A stretch of DNA of 64,000 nt, taken from assembly GCA_964383365.1 (NCBI GenBank), contig CAYLHF010000006.1, positions 3,568-67,567 of the forward strand, given 5' to 3'. Source of the DNA: an uncultured Rhodothermales bacterium (GTDB taxonomy: Bacteria > Bacteroidota > Rhodothermia > Rhodothermales > UBA10348). This document shows, one piece after another, positions 30,212 through 40,312 of the stretch. Position numbers and translations under genes: made by a program. Each line of letters opens with the position of its first letter. Position 1 is the first letter of the stretch. The notes under the pieces are model-generated. The model did not search any database. It saw nothing but the letters and a program-made list of their open reading frames with translations, and was not told where the DNA came from.

Positions 30212-33079
30212 ATGCCGCCGAAGAAGTCACGTCGGAACCGTTCCGAACGGGGCAACCCAGCCATCGCCCGCGAGATCCTCATACGAGGCGCACGTCAACA
30301 TAATCTCCAGAATGTCGACCTGCGCCTTCCTCGCGGAAAACTGGTCGTTTTTACAGGGCCCTCCGGTTCCGGAAAGTCCTCCCTCGTATTTGATACGATC
30401 TACGCTGAAGGACAGCGTCGATATGTCGAAAGCTTGAGCTCATATGCGCGTCAGTTCCTCGAAAGGATGGATAAACCCGATGTAGATCTGATAACAGGAC
30501 TCGCTCCTGCGATCGCGATCGAGCAGAAAGCCGGCACCAAAAATCCTCGTTCTACGGTAGCGACGCAAACTGAAATTTACGATCACCTCAGATTACTCTT
30601 TGCACGGGTAGGTCGTACGTTTTCTCCCGTTTCAGGACTCGAGGTAAAAAAAGATACCCCGCGTTCAGTTGCAACGTCCATCACGTCTGAATTGGCCGAC
30701 GGTACGCGGTTTTTCCTTTGCTTTCCGTTTCCGAATCATCCCGGATCGACGGTAAGAAGAGAGTTGGAGGCACTCCTTCAGCGAGGGTTTTTCAGGGTCG
30801 TGCTCTCGCCTACGGACAAACAGAAGGAACGCGGAGCAACCAGGAAGATCATTGATTTGAACGAGACACCGCCTGCCAAAATAAGAGCCAGCCGGACCCG
30901 GCTGTCCGTACTCGTTGATAGACTCATCGCCCGGAAGGATGATACCGTGGAATCTCGTATTGCAGATTCGGTCGAACAGGCTTTCCGGGAGGGCAGCGGT
31001 CGCTGCATGGTCGTATTTCCGGACTCCGATTCGACCATAGAATTCAGCCGGCATTTCGAGAAAGACGGAATTCTATTCGCTGAACCAATTCCCCACCTCT
31101 TCTCTTTCAATTCTCCAGTCGGGGCATGCCCTACGTGCCAGGGATTCGGCAGGGTGAGCGGTATAGACCCTGATCTCGTCATTCCAAATCCGGATCTGTC
31201 AATACGACAGGGGGCGATCGCACCGTTTCGCGGGGACACGTGGAGTAAACATTTTCGGTCGCTGATACGCGTCTCCGCCAATGAGCGTATCAACATCGAT
31301 ACACCCTATTCACTCCTCTCCGAAGAAGAAACGCTCCTGATATGGCAGGGAAAGGACGATTATATCGGTGTACGCGGGTTCTTTAGATACCTTGAGAAGC
31401 GTAGCTACAAAATGCATTATCGTATTTTTAATGCGCGCTTCCGCGGATACACCACCTGCCCGGACTGCAGTGGGTTTCGCCTTCGAAAGGAGGCAGGATA
31501 TGTCAAAATAAACAGGCACTCGATTGGAGAATTATGCGAATTAACGACCGCCGATGCCCGACTTTTTTTCGATGAATTGAGACTGTCCGAGCACGAGGAG
31601 TCGATTGCAGGTAGAATCCTCGAAGAAATTCGCAAGAGGTTGAGGTATCTGGTCGAGGTAGGACTCGATTATCTCACGCTCGACAGATTGTCCCAGACGC
31701 TGTCCGGGGGGGAGAGTCAACGAATTAATCTGGCAACCTCCCTGGGGTCGGCCCTGGTCGGATCCATGTATGTACTGGACGAACCGTCCATCGGACTCCA
31801 TCCCCGCGATACCGATCGGTTGATTACCATTCTGGAACATCTCCGGGACATCGGTAATTCCGTCCTGGTCGTCGAACACGACGCCGACATGATGCTCCGA
31901 TCGGATCATCTCGTCGATCTCGGTCCGGGAGCCGGTCGACAGGGGGGAGTGGTTGTTTCGCAGGGAACGCCGTTGGAGGTTACGGCAGATCCCGACTCAC
32001 TCACCGGACGTTACCTGAGCGGAGCTACATCCATTCCCGTCCCGAAAAGTCGGCGGCCGGTTGTCGAGCGGGATCAGATACACGTTGAAAATGCCCGCCA
32101 ACACAACCTGAAGAGACTCAACGTCTCCTTTCCCCTCGGTATGATTGTGTGTGTTACGGGCGTCAGCGGATCAGGAAAGTCCACGCTCGTTCAAGACACG
32201 CTCTATGGTGGACTGGCCCGCCTGAAAGGAGTACAATCCTCGAGTGTCCGCGTAGGAGCACATGATGCCATCCGGGGGCATCCCCTTATCGACTCGGTAG
32301 AATTGGTGGATCAGGCTCCCATCGGCCGAAGTCCGCGCTCAAATCCGGTCACGTATATCAAGGCGTTCGACCAGATTCGACAACTCTTTGCCGAGACGTA
32401 TCAAGCCAGAATCAGAGGATACAAGCCGGGTTATTTCTCTTTTAATGTTCCCGGTGGCCGCTGCGAAGTATGTCAGGGAGAGGGTGTAGTCCGGATAGAA
32501 ATGCAGTTTCTGGCGGATCTTTTCCTTGAGTGCGAGGCATGCAAGGGACAGCGCTTCAAACAGGATGTTTTGGAGATACGATATAGCGGCAAAACCATCC
32601 ACGACGTCCTCTCTATGACGGTTGAGGAGGCGATCGGTTTTTTTGCTGAAAACAGATCGCTGTCAAGGAAACTGGGGGTCCTTTCGGATATCGGCCTCGG
32701 ATATCTCACCCTCGGTCAGCCTTCGAATACGCTGTCTGGCGGCGAGGCCCAGCGTATCAAGCTCGCAGCCCACCTCGGGAAGACCAAAAAGGAGCGGATG
32801 CTTTATATTTTCGACGAGCCGACGACCGGGCTGCATTTCGACGATATCCGAAAACTACTCGGTGCATTCGACGCGTTGGTTAACCAGGGCCACTCGGTAA
32901 TCATCGTAGAGCACAATATGGACGTAATCAAATGTTCGGATCACGTGATCGATATGGGACCAGAAGGAGGAGTACAGGGCGGCTTTGTCGTAGCACAGGG
33001 AACGCCTGAGTTCGTTTCCAAACAGCGAAACAGTCACACCGGACGTTTTCTGAGTTCAATACTTCATCCTTCGTTGTAA
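30212..33079 (+). CDS. uvrA: Excinuclease ABC subunit A
   Basis: Motifs IRGARQHNLQNV, Walker A GPSGSGKSSL and GVSGSGKSTL, signatures LSGGESQR and LSGGEAQR, and zinc modules CPTCQGFG and CEVCQGEG. The track start is TTG at 30176; the ATG at 30212 is also possible. Confidence 0.96.
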   Translation: MPPKKSRRNRSERGNPAIAREILIRGARQHNLQNVDLRLPRGKLVVFTGPSGSGKSSLVFDTIYAEGQRRYVESLSSYARQFLERMDKPDVDLITGLAPAIAIEQKAGTKNPRSTVATQTEIYDHLRLLFARVGRTFSPVSGLEVKKDTPRSVATSITSELADGTRFFLCFPFPNHPGSTVRRELEALLQRGFFRVVLSPTDKQKERGATRKIIDLNETPPAKIRASRTRLSVLVDRLIARKDDTVESRIADSVEQAFREGSGRCMVVFPDSDSTIEFSRHFEKDGILFAEPIPHLFSFNSPVGACPTCQGFGRVSGIDPDLVIPNPDLSIRQGAIAPFRGDTWSKHFRSLIRVSANERINIDTPYSLLSEEETLLIWQGKDDYIGVRGFFRYLEKRSYKMHYRIFNARFRGYTTCPDCSGFRLRKEAGYVKINRHSIGELCELTTADARLFFDELRLSEHEESIAGRILEEIRKRLRYLVEVGLDYLTLDRLSQTLSGGESQRINLATSLGSALVGSMYVLDEPSIGLHPRDTDRLITILEHLRDIGNSVLVVEHDADMMLRSDHLVDLGPGAGRQGGVVVSQGTPLEVTADPDSLTGRYLSGATSIPVPKSRRPVVERDQIHVENARQHNLKRLNVSFPLGMIVCVTGVSGSGKSTLVQDTLYGGLARLKGVQSSSVRVGAHDAIRGHPLIDSVELVDQAPIGRSPRSNPVTYIKAFDQIRQLFAETYQARIRGYKPGYFSFNVPGGRCEVCQGEGVVRIEMQFLADLFLECEACKGQRFKQDVLEIRYSGKTIHDVLSMTVEEAIGFFAENRSLSRKLGVLSDIGLGYLTLGQPSNTLSGGEAQRIKLAAHLGKTKKERMLYIFDEPTTGLHFDDIRKLLGAFDALVNQGHSVIIVEHNMDVIKCSDHVIDMGPEGGVQGGFVVAQGTPEFVSKQRNSHTGRFLSSILHPSL

Positions 33080-33457
33080 CATCTTTCCGGTAACGTCCGG
33101 CCTTCGCGAGCTACTCATCGAATGCAATCGGTCATGATTGTACGTCGCTTCTGGCGGTCGGGTGCCTGGCGTCTGATCCGTCACAGAATCCACTGTTCAT
33201 CAGGAAAAATTGTTTTTCCTTGTGTTACTTGACAGGATTTGGTTGCGGCTATCGTACTTCAGCAGGGTCCACCCTTTGCTAATTATCGCTCATCTGGAGG
33301 AGGAAAAGCGATTTTCGGAGAAGGGATCGTGAATCTATGCCTCTTTGAGTCAGGATTCCGAACCATTGGAACAGTATTCCGTTGGGCTGCCCCTGTTGTT
33401 CGTTTGAACAGGAAATAGTCAACAGGTTCTCGGGGCGATCACCCGCCCGCCCGAAAG

Positions 33458-34744
33458 ATGGAAATTACTGCTTCGATTGAGCGATATGCCGGCGGAGACG
33501 GCATGGGTGATGGTAGTGCATTACGCAATCTGCCACCACGACGGATCGCCATATTTACCGGTGCTTACAATCATATTGCAGACGGCGTCTCGCTAACGCT
33601 GAATCGGCTCGTCGAGCACCTGGAGAGTACAGGAGCCGCGGTTCTTGTTCTTGCGCCGACGGTAGAAAACCCTCCTATCAAGCACGCGGGGACCCTCGTC
33701 CCTATTCCGTCGCTTGCTGCACCGGGTCGACCGGACTATCGAATCTCTCTCGGATTAACCCCTTCCGCCCGTAAACGGCTCGAGGCCTTCAACCCCACGT
33801 TGTTCCATATTGCAACGCCAGACATTCTCGGTTTTCAAGCCCTGAAACTGGCCCGAAAGTGGAATCTGCCGGTGGTGGCCTCGTATCACACCCATTTCAG
33901 CTCCTATCTGAAATATTATCGTCTCAGTCTTATTGAGACCTGGATGTGGAAGTATCTGCGCTCATTCTACGCACAGTGTAGTCACGTGTACGTTCCGACT
34001 CCGGAAATGGCCGAGGTATTACGAAGCCAGGGGATCAATAACGGCCTCGAATTGTGGCCAAGAGGTGTAGACACACGGATGTTCAATCCGGAAAAACGAT
34101 CGACTCGTTGGAGACGAAACCTGGGGATCAGTGACCAGGAAGTCGTCGTGACATTCGTAAGCCGCCTGGTCTGGGAAAAAGGTCTGGATGTTTTCGCAGA
34201 AGTCATAGAGTCTCTTTCTCGCGAGGGAATTCCTCATCGGAGCGTCGTCGTCGGTGACGGTCCGGCTCGAAGTGCGCTCGAAGAAAGGCTTCCCGGAACC
34301 ATTTTCGTCGGCTATACGCGAGGAGCAGAACTCGCCCGCGCCTATTCTTCATCCGATGTATTCCTGTTTCCGAGTGAAACCGAAACATTCGGAAATGTCA
34401 CGCTGGAGGCCATGGCCTCCGGCCTCCCGACCGTCTGTGCGGATGCACCCGGGAGTAACGCCCTGGTCTCACACGGTAAAACGGGCTACCTGGCAAGTCC
34501 GCGAGATTCCAGGGCATTTTATGACCGGGTTCGCGCGCTCGTTCTGGATGAAACACTTCGAGGGAAACTCGGCATCAATGCCAGTCGGAGAGCCCGTGAA
34601 TATTCGTGGCAGGTCGTCTTGTCCCGCATGACACGATACTACGACCAGATACTGGGGCGTATTCCTTCGTTTGTTATTGAACATCCGTTTCCACACGAGC
34701 CCAGGACAAATACACCTGTCCAGCAAGTCAGTCTAACCTACTGA
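33458..34744 (+). CDS. GT4 glycosyltransferase (SqdX / alpha-mannosyltransferase-like)
   Basis: 428 aa. N-terminal RRIAIFTGAYNHIADGVSLTLNRLVEHL and C-terminal PSETETFGNVTLEAMASGLPTV (E-x7-E). Confidence 0.85.
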   Translation: MEITASIERYAGGDGMGDGSALRNLPPRRIAIFTGAYNHIADGVSLTLNRLVEHLESTGAAVLVLAPTVENPPIKHAGTLVPIPSLAAPGRPDYRISLGLTPSARKRLEAFNPTLFHIATPDILGFQALKLARKWNLPVVASYHTHFSSYLKYYRLSLIETWMWKYLRSFYAQCSHVYVPTPEMAEVLRSQGINNGLELWPRGVDTRMFNPEKRSTRWRRNLGISDQEVVVTFVSRLVWEKGLDVFAEVIESLSREGIPHRSVVVGDGPARSALEERLPGTIFVGYTRGAELARAYSSSDVFLFPSETETFGNVTLEAMASGLPTVCADAPGSNALVSHGKTGYLASPRDSRAFYDRVRALVLDETLRGKLGINASRRAREYSWQVVLSRMTRYYDQILGRIPSFVIEHPFPHEPRTNTPVQQVSLTY

Positions 34745-34749
34745 TCGGA

Positions 34750-35892
34750 GTGCGTCTCGTATTTGTCTCCCACTCGCTTCCACCGGACAATCGCCCCCTG
34801 TCCAATATCGGTGGTATGCAGCGCGTAGCGGCTGAATTGCTCAAGGCGCTGAAAACCACGGATGAAATCGAGGTCTTGCCCTTACTTCTCCGATCGTCGT
34901 GGCGCTGGATAGGCATCAGGATTGCTCCCTTCCTGATTCAAACGTTTTTCCGACTCCGACACCTCGCGCGGGGTGGACACATCGATACCGTCCTCTTCTC
35001 CTCCATGGTAACGGGAATGCTTGTGATTCCACTTCGGCAGGTATTCAGGAATGCTGACATACGTACCGGAATCATCGTTCACGGCCAGGATGTAACCACT
35101 CCGATTTCGATCTATCAGCGGATCGTGTCGCGTGTATTCGGGCAGGTCGACCTCGTTTTTCCCGTGAGTCAGGCCACCGCAGGCGCCTGTAACCAGCGGG
35201 GACTGGCACAAGAGAAAACCAGGGTTGTCCACAATGGAGTAGATTCGTCGCGCTTTCGCCGTCCGGGGAGGCGATCGGACATGCGGAACGAACTCCTGAT
35301 GTCTCTGGGGCTCAGCCGTGAGGATCTACCCGATGATGACATTCTACTCTGTAGTCTGGGTCGCCAGGTACGCCGCAAAGGATTTGAATGGTTTGTTTCC
35401 GACGTCATGCCCTGTCTGGACGACCATGTACAGTACTGGTTGGGTGGGACGGGACCCGAGCATGAAGCAATTCGTCGGGCCATTCATACCGGGGGCCTGA
35501 CCCAAAGGGTTCGGCTACTGGGACAAGTCACCGAGCAACAGTTGATGGCTCTCTATCGCGGAAGCGATTTGTTTGTCATGCCCAATATTCCTGTTACTGG
35601 AGATATGGAGGGATTCGGCATCGTCATGCTGGAGGCGGGACTAAACGGCCTTCCGACGGTCGCCTCGCGACTCGAAGGCATCCAGGAAGTCATCCGGGAA
35701 GGGGAAAACGGATATTTCGTCTCCTCCGGTGACGCAGAGGGCTTCCGGGCGATGATCGAGTCACTTACCTCTGACAGAGATCGACTGAATGAAATGCACA
35801 TCAGAGCACGAATCTACACCGAACAATCGTTCAGGTGGGATACGATCGCGGGAGAATACATCAGGAACCTGAAGAGATCGCCACTTGCTTAA
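34750..35892 (+). CDS. GT4 glycosyltransferase
   Basis: 380 aa. N-terminal MRLVFVSHSLPP...GGMQRVAAEL and C-terminal MEGFGIVMLEAGLNGLPTVAS (E-x7-E). Confidence 0.85.
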   Translation: MRLVFVSHSLPPDNRPLSNIGGMQRVAAELLKALKTTDEIEVLPLLLRSSWRWIGIRIAPFLIQTFFRLRHLARGGHIDTVLFSSMVTGMLVIPLRQVFRNADIRTGIIVHGQDVTTPISIYQRIVSRVFGQVDLVFPVSQATAGACNQRGLAQEKTRVVHNGVDSSRFRRPGRRSDMRNELLMSLGLSREDLPDDDILLCSLGRQVRRKGFEWFVSDVMPCLDDHVQYWLGGTGPEHEAIRRAIHTGGLTQRVRLLGQVTEQQLMALYRGSDLFVMPNIPVTGDMEGFGIVMLEAGLNGLPTVASRLEGIQEVIREGENGYFVSSGDAEGFRAMIESLTSDRDRLNEMHIRARIYTEQSFRWDTIAGEYIRNLKRSPLA

Positions 35893-38402
35893 TGGCTCAC
35901 TTCCGGGCGGCTTTCCCGGTCCTCAAGCCACTGCATCAAGGCTGGCAAGAAAACAAGGGCCGTAACGAGTGTCGCGCCTATTCCCGCGATTGCCAGATAC
36001 CCGATCGTATTGAGACCGGGATGAAAACTCAGAATCAGTCCGGCAAAACCTATCATGGTTGTCAGCGAGCCCATCGTGACGTGCTCACCGGTCGAGCGGA
36101 CCACGCTCCACATCGATCCTCTACCCCCCTCGCGATACCGGTGGACAATATGAACACCTGCGTCGTTGCCGATTCCCAGAACCGCTGGCAGAACAATCAG
36201 ATTGTAGAAATTTAACGCCAGATCGAATATTTCCATCAGGAGGAGCATCCAGAGAACCCCGACAACAAGGGGAATCAAGGACATGATGGCCCATCGAACG
36301 GACCCGAAGTTGACGAGCATGAGCACGACGACAATCAGAAAAGTGGCCATCACCATCCAGGGAGCTTCCCGCTGCATCAATTTGAGCATATCGGCAGCTA
36401 CGAGCGACGTGGATCCTGCATGGTAGGTCTGGCCGTTGGAAGCCACGACGTTTCCGACATCTTCGGAAAATGCCATGGAGTTACGGCCGTCAGATAGTCC
36501 TACCGATGGGTATATGATGACGAAATTTCCCAGTTCACCCGATTTGGATGTGAATCGCTTTCTCAGAAATTCGGGCACGTCATCGAAGGCGATCGCCTCT
36601 GTCGTCGAGCTGGCACTCCGGAGACGCTCGATGTCTTCGGACGTATCCTTTTCAATAAACGGATCGGCGAGTTGATCTCTAATTTCTTCGAGTCGCTCCA
36701 GTCGCTCCTCCTGATCTGCCGGTTTCAGGGGGAATCGGTTTTGAAGTGATTCAACGGAACGGATGGTGGGCGACGTCGTGTCTGTTGCTGCTACGGCCAT
36801 CAACGCGTCCATCACAGGAGGTACTTCATCAGGAGAATCCATCACGATGTACGCCGGATTTCGCTTCCCATTCGACTTGAAGACCCTCCGAACAACGTCC
36901 CTCCTGGCATTGTACCCGGTATAGGTGGGCTCCAGCTTACCGAATCGATACTCGAACGACACGTCCGGAAGATAGACCAGTGCAGCCACGACTGCGATCA
37001 GACTTCCAATCAGAATGGTTCTGACGAAAGGAAAGGGACGGTTCTTGATGGTGGCGGTGTGTCGCCCGACTTCCGACTCCAGATTGAGCAGATGATATTT
37101 TTCCATCAGTGAAAGAAGCGCCGGCAACACGACCAGCATGGCCACGAGGGCGAACAGAATTCCAGTGCCGGCGATAAAGCCGAACTGACTGAAGCCCCTG
37201 AAGTCAGCGACAACCAGGACGTACAACGCTGCGGCGGTTGTGAACGCTCCGACTGAAATTGCCTGCCCGGTACTTGAGAAAGTCACTTCTGCCGCATCGG
37301 TAACAGACCGATGACAGGCTCGCTCTTCCGCGTATCTGGCATAGAAGTGAATCCCGAAATCGATACCGAGACCGAATAGAACCAGGCCGAGGGTCGACGT
37401 CATCAGATTCAGTTTCCCGTACGCCAGAAAGGCGACTCCAAACGTCCAGGACAGACTCATGATCAGCGGAACACCGATTAAAACGGCCATGATCGGCATT
37501 CGCGCCAACTCCGAAAGCAGAATCCCGACATTAAACCGTTTGCCTGCGCGGGCTCGATACGACTTGTAGGAAAAGTACAAAACGACCATCATCAGCACGG
37601 CAAAGACTCCGCTTCCAAACGAGTTCAACACATCGCTCTGAATTCTTGACACCTCGATGTACTGGCGGAGCAATCGGCCGGCCGTAGTGACCTGCATGTC
37701 CCGAGCGTACTCCCGGGGTTGAAGCGACTCGATCAGACTATCCAGATCGGCATAGGCACGTCGGATAAATCGAATATTGGACTGGGAACCTGACGGATAA
37801 AACTGTAGCGCCAGGGTCGTGCTGTCATCAGAAATCGGATATTCCTTCGAGACGATTTCGTCATACGTCTTCTGAAGCTCGTCCGCCAGAGAATCGGTAT
37901 TGGAGGCCTCGTCGTCATCGTCTCCCAGGTCGATAAAAAATGGATTCGCGTCCAGACGGGCTTCCTCGATCTTGCTATCGAGAAAGTCCTGAAGATCATC
38001 CAATTCGCTGTCGGTTGCGAAGTAGAGTGCGTTATTTTCCAGAAACGTGACGTCTTTACGATAGTCAACCCGTTGAAAATAGGGTTCGTCGTAGTTTCTT
38101 CCGGTCAGGGTAAGGACGGCCGGAATCAACACCTCTGCGAATCGCTTATTGGCTTCGAAAGATGCACTCTCAATGGCTACAAAGGCCGTACTTTCTCCAC
38201 CGACGGTATCCCTCAGCTTCTCCAGAGCAACCACACTCGGATAATCCGGCGGTATCAGATTGGCCAGGTCCGTATCGATGGAAAGGTGCCGGGCTCGATC
38301 AGCCCCTGCAACAGACATCAGGAGCGCCAGCAGCACCACGCGACCCGGATGTGCGATCACCCACCGGATAAATGGTCGGAGAGATTCAAAAATGCGATTC
38401 AT
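35889..38402 (-). CDS. RND-superfamily MMPL/HpnN-like exporter
   Basis: About 837 aa from the ATG at 38402 (MNRIFESLRPFIRWVIAHPGRVVLLALLMS). It has two blocks of about 6 TM helices, each preceded by a large soluble loop, which is the MMPL/HpnN layout. The track ORF start at 38630 would overlap the upstream gene. Confidence 0.85.
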   Translation of the reverse strand: MNRIFESLRPFIRWVIAHPGRVVLLALLMSVAGADRARHLSIDTDLANLIPPDYPSVVALEKLRDTVGGESTAFVAIESASFEANKRFAEVLIPAVLTLTGRNYDEPYFQRVDYRKDVTFLENNALYFATDSELDDLQDFLDSKIEEARLDANPFFIDLGDDDDEASNTDSLADELQKTYDEIVSKEYPISDDSTTLALQFYPSGSQSNIRFIRRAYADLDSLIESLQPREYARDMQVTTAGRLLRQYIEVSRIQSDVLNSFGSGVFAVLMMVVLYFSYKSYRARAGKRFNVGILLSELARMPIMAVLIGVPLIMSLSWTFGVAFLAYGKLNLMTSTLGLVLFGLGIDFGIHFYARYAEERACHRSVTDAAEVTFSSTGQAISVGAFTTAAALYVLVVADFRGFSQFGFIAGTGILFALVAMLVVLPALLSLMEKYHLLNLESEVGRHTATIKNRPFPFVRTILIGSLIAVVAALVYLPDVSFEYRFGKLEPTYTGYNARRDVVRRVFKSNGKRNPAYIVMDSPDEVPPVMDALMAVAATDTTSPTIRSVESLQNRFPLKPADQEERLERLEEIRDQLADPFIEKDTSEDIERLRSASSTTEAIAFDDVPEFLRKRFTSKSGELGNFVIIYPSVGLSDGRNSMAFSEDVGNVVASNGQTYHAGSTSLVAADMLKLMQREAPWMVMATFLIVVVLMLVNFGSVRWAIMSLIPLVVGVLWMLLLMEIFDLALNFYNLIVLPAVLGIGNDAGVHIVHRYREGGRGSMWSVVRSTGEHVTMGSLTTMIGFAGLILSFHPGLNTIGYLAIAGIGATLVTALVFLPALMQWLEDRESRPEVSH

Positions 38403-38454
38403 GGACAGAGGCGATGTGCATCGCTTAAGACTTCCCGAATTGATATCCCAACTC

Positions 38455-39201
38455 TTAACGGGGTGGTAGCATACGAATATTATCGAAATCCGCCTCGGCC
38501 AGAGTGTCTGTATTATCCGAATCTCCCCAGAGACGCAGGGAAAGTGGTCGCATCGGCGGGTTGTCGCCGAAAACCATTTGATAGTCGGCCACGACGTCTC
38601 GATCGATATGCTGCCAATCACCGATTTCATCGGCGCCCGATGAAACGACGATTACTTTCAGTTTACCGTAGGATACGACGGTTCCCACCGGAAGGGTGGC
38701 GCTGTAGGCGTACTTGATGGCTTTGGGACGCTTGATTATGAAGCCTTCGAACTTAAAGATGACGTAGAGTCCTGCGCCGGTATCATTCAGTTTTTTCTCG
38801 TCTTCGCGGGCGTTCTTCGGAAGTTTGATAGCCCTCCAGTCCCATGCGAGCCGTGGATGGTCGTTCAGGTCCCAGTCGAATCCGTCCTTTTCGTTCGCCA
38901 TCGACAGATGAACGGCTTCGCCGTCGACATGAACTCTCAGGGCTTTGTTATGACCATCCGTGATCACAAAAAAACGCTCTTTCGGTCTCATGTACTTCGG
39001 TTCGAGCCAGACCAGTTTCTTGTCGTGAAGGTACTTCCATTTCACAGGCAAGGCGCCATCCTCATAAGATTCGAAGTCGTCGACCATGATCACCGATCCT
39101 GTCTGGGCAACCACCTGCCTGACCGTCGAGGCGGATAGAGCCAACAAAATGGCCACAGCAAGTACACGAACCAGTTTCATAACCCCTCTCATATACATCA
39201 A
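38455..39201 (-). CDS. Secreted/periplasmic DUF3047-like protein
   Basis: 248 aa. Signal peptide MKLVRVLAVAILLALSAS. The body (DDFESY...LPVKWKY...LAWDWRA...NDTGAGLYVIF...LRLWGDSDNT) matches my recollection of the DUF3047 family; this needs HMM confirmation. Confidence 0.6.
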   Translation of the reverse strand: MMYMRGVMKLVRVLAVAILLALSASTVRQVVAQTGSVIMVDDFESYEDGALPVKWKYLHDKKLVWLEPKYMRPKERFFVITDGHNKALRVHVDGEAVHLSMANEKDGFDWDLNDHPRLAWDWRAIKLPKNAREDEKKLNDTGAGLYVIFKFEGFIIKRPKAIKYAYSATLPVGTVVSYGKLKVIVVSSGADEIGDWQHIDRDVVADYQMVFGDNPPMRPLSLRLWGDSDNTDTLAEADFDNIRMLPPR

Positions 39202-39207
39202 ACCAAA

Positions 39208-40182
39208 TCAGGTTTTGGGAACACGTTCTGACATTTTCTCTTCATCGTTGTGTGACGAGTCGTACGCAGTAATCAGGCCAAACAGCGAAACGTTTAAAAT
39301 CTTATCCAGAGCCGTCCCCACGAGCAGCATACTGGCCCAGGGAGCCTGCGGCACGCCCAATTTAGTAGACAATGCGATTCCTGCCCCCGCAAACATGAGC
39401 GCATGGTTGGGAATAAACGGTATCCGGGTAAGCGCGATGGAAATCGCTGCGTAAGAAAACCACGTGCTGATCGGAACCTCAGGGATGACAACCGCCCACA
39501 TCCCGATTTGAAGGGTCTGGCCCAAGACGAGTCTGCCCACCTGAATACAAAAGATAGTTGCTGTCTTGGCCAGTGGCATCGAGAACAGATACCGCCTGAA
39601 CCTGATCCCGACAGGGACCAAGATGGCCAGCACTACGGCGCCCATGAAAACGTAGTACCGGGTATTTTCTCCAACGAATTCAGAGATGGATATCTGGCCG
39701 ACAAAAAGGAAAACCCCCAACAGAAGGACGGCCACGAGCGTCGATGCCGCCGAGGATATGATGTTGTTATCCCGGATCGTCTCGGCGAGATGAGAGTCGC
39801 TTGTATCGAACCTCCGTCTCGCCCAGGCGAAGAAGAATACCTCGCCCGAATATCCGAGTACCTCCCGATTCAGGACGCGTTTCTTTATGAATGCCGGAAA
39901 GCTCTTGAGCGACGGGAAATGAAAGAGTTGCCGGTAAATAAATACTTCAGCGGCCGGAAGCAGGAAGTACAGTATGACGAAAAGAACGTAATAATACGGT
40001 GTTGTCGGCGGGTTTTCGATGACGTCTCGCCACCCGACCTGCGATACTTCGTAGGCCAGAAAGCCGAGAATTCCTGCCAGTACCAGATAACGCACAGCCT
40101 TAATTGTGCGTTTACCGGGGGTCGATTCAGCGAATGACGACCACCGCGAAGATGCGTTAGCAAAAAATTCCGCGACGCTCAC
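39208..40182 (-). CDS. UPF0104 / LPG-synthase-TM flippase-like membrane protein
   Basis: 324 aa, about 8 TM. The N-terminal KRTIKAVRYLVLAGILGFLAYEV and overall topology resemble the TIGR00374 flippase-like family (MprF flippase domain, HpnL). Confidence 0.6.
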   Translation of the reverse strand: MSVAEFFANASSRWSSFAESTPGKRTIKAVRYLVLAGILGFLAYEVSQVGWRDVIENPPTTPYYYVLFVILYFLLPAAEVFIYRQLFHFPSLKSFPAFIKKRVLNREVLGYSGEVFFFAWARRRFDTSDSHLAETIRDNNIISSAASTLVAVLLLGVFLFVGQISISEFVGENTRYYVFMGAVVLAILVPVGIRFRRYLFSMPLAKTATIFCIQVGRLVLGQTLQIGMWAVVIPEVPISTWFSYAAISIALTRIPFIPNHALMFAGAGIALSTKLGVPQAPWASMLLVGTALDKILNVSLFGLITAYDSSHNDEEKMSERVPKT

Positions 40183-40312
40183 GGTAATAAGATAGGATTA
40201 GGCCTGTTTCCACTTCCCGGTGCCATCAGAATGGCTGCACCGACTGTCAGCATAGCCCTTCTGTGTCGCTCGGGGCCGGATAGTTTCGCCCAGTCCGGTC
40301 CGGGACGAGTGA

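Noticed and set aside
32939-32950. The palindrome GATCACGTGATC inside uvrA, and several other CACGTG cores (for example near 3860, 19428 and 22838), considered as additional parS sites.
   Set aside because: The flanks do not match TGTTTCACGTGAAACA beyond the CACGTG core. They are most likely chance palindromes in coding sequence.
33202-33220. An A/T-only hairpin AGGAAAAA-ttg-TTTTTCCT about 120 nt downstream of uvrA. Together with the 378-bp ORF-free spacer 33080-33457, it was considered as a terminator or small-RNA locus.
   Set aside because: The stem is weak and almost all A-T, with no convincing U-tract. I could find no conserved riboswitch-like structure by eye. The evidence is insufficient.
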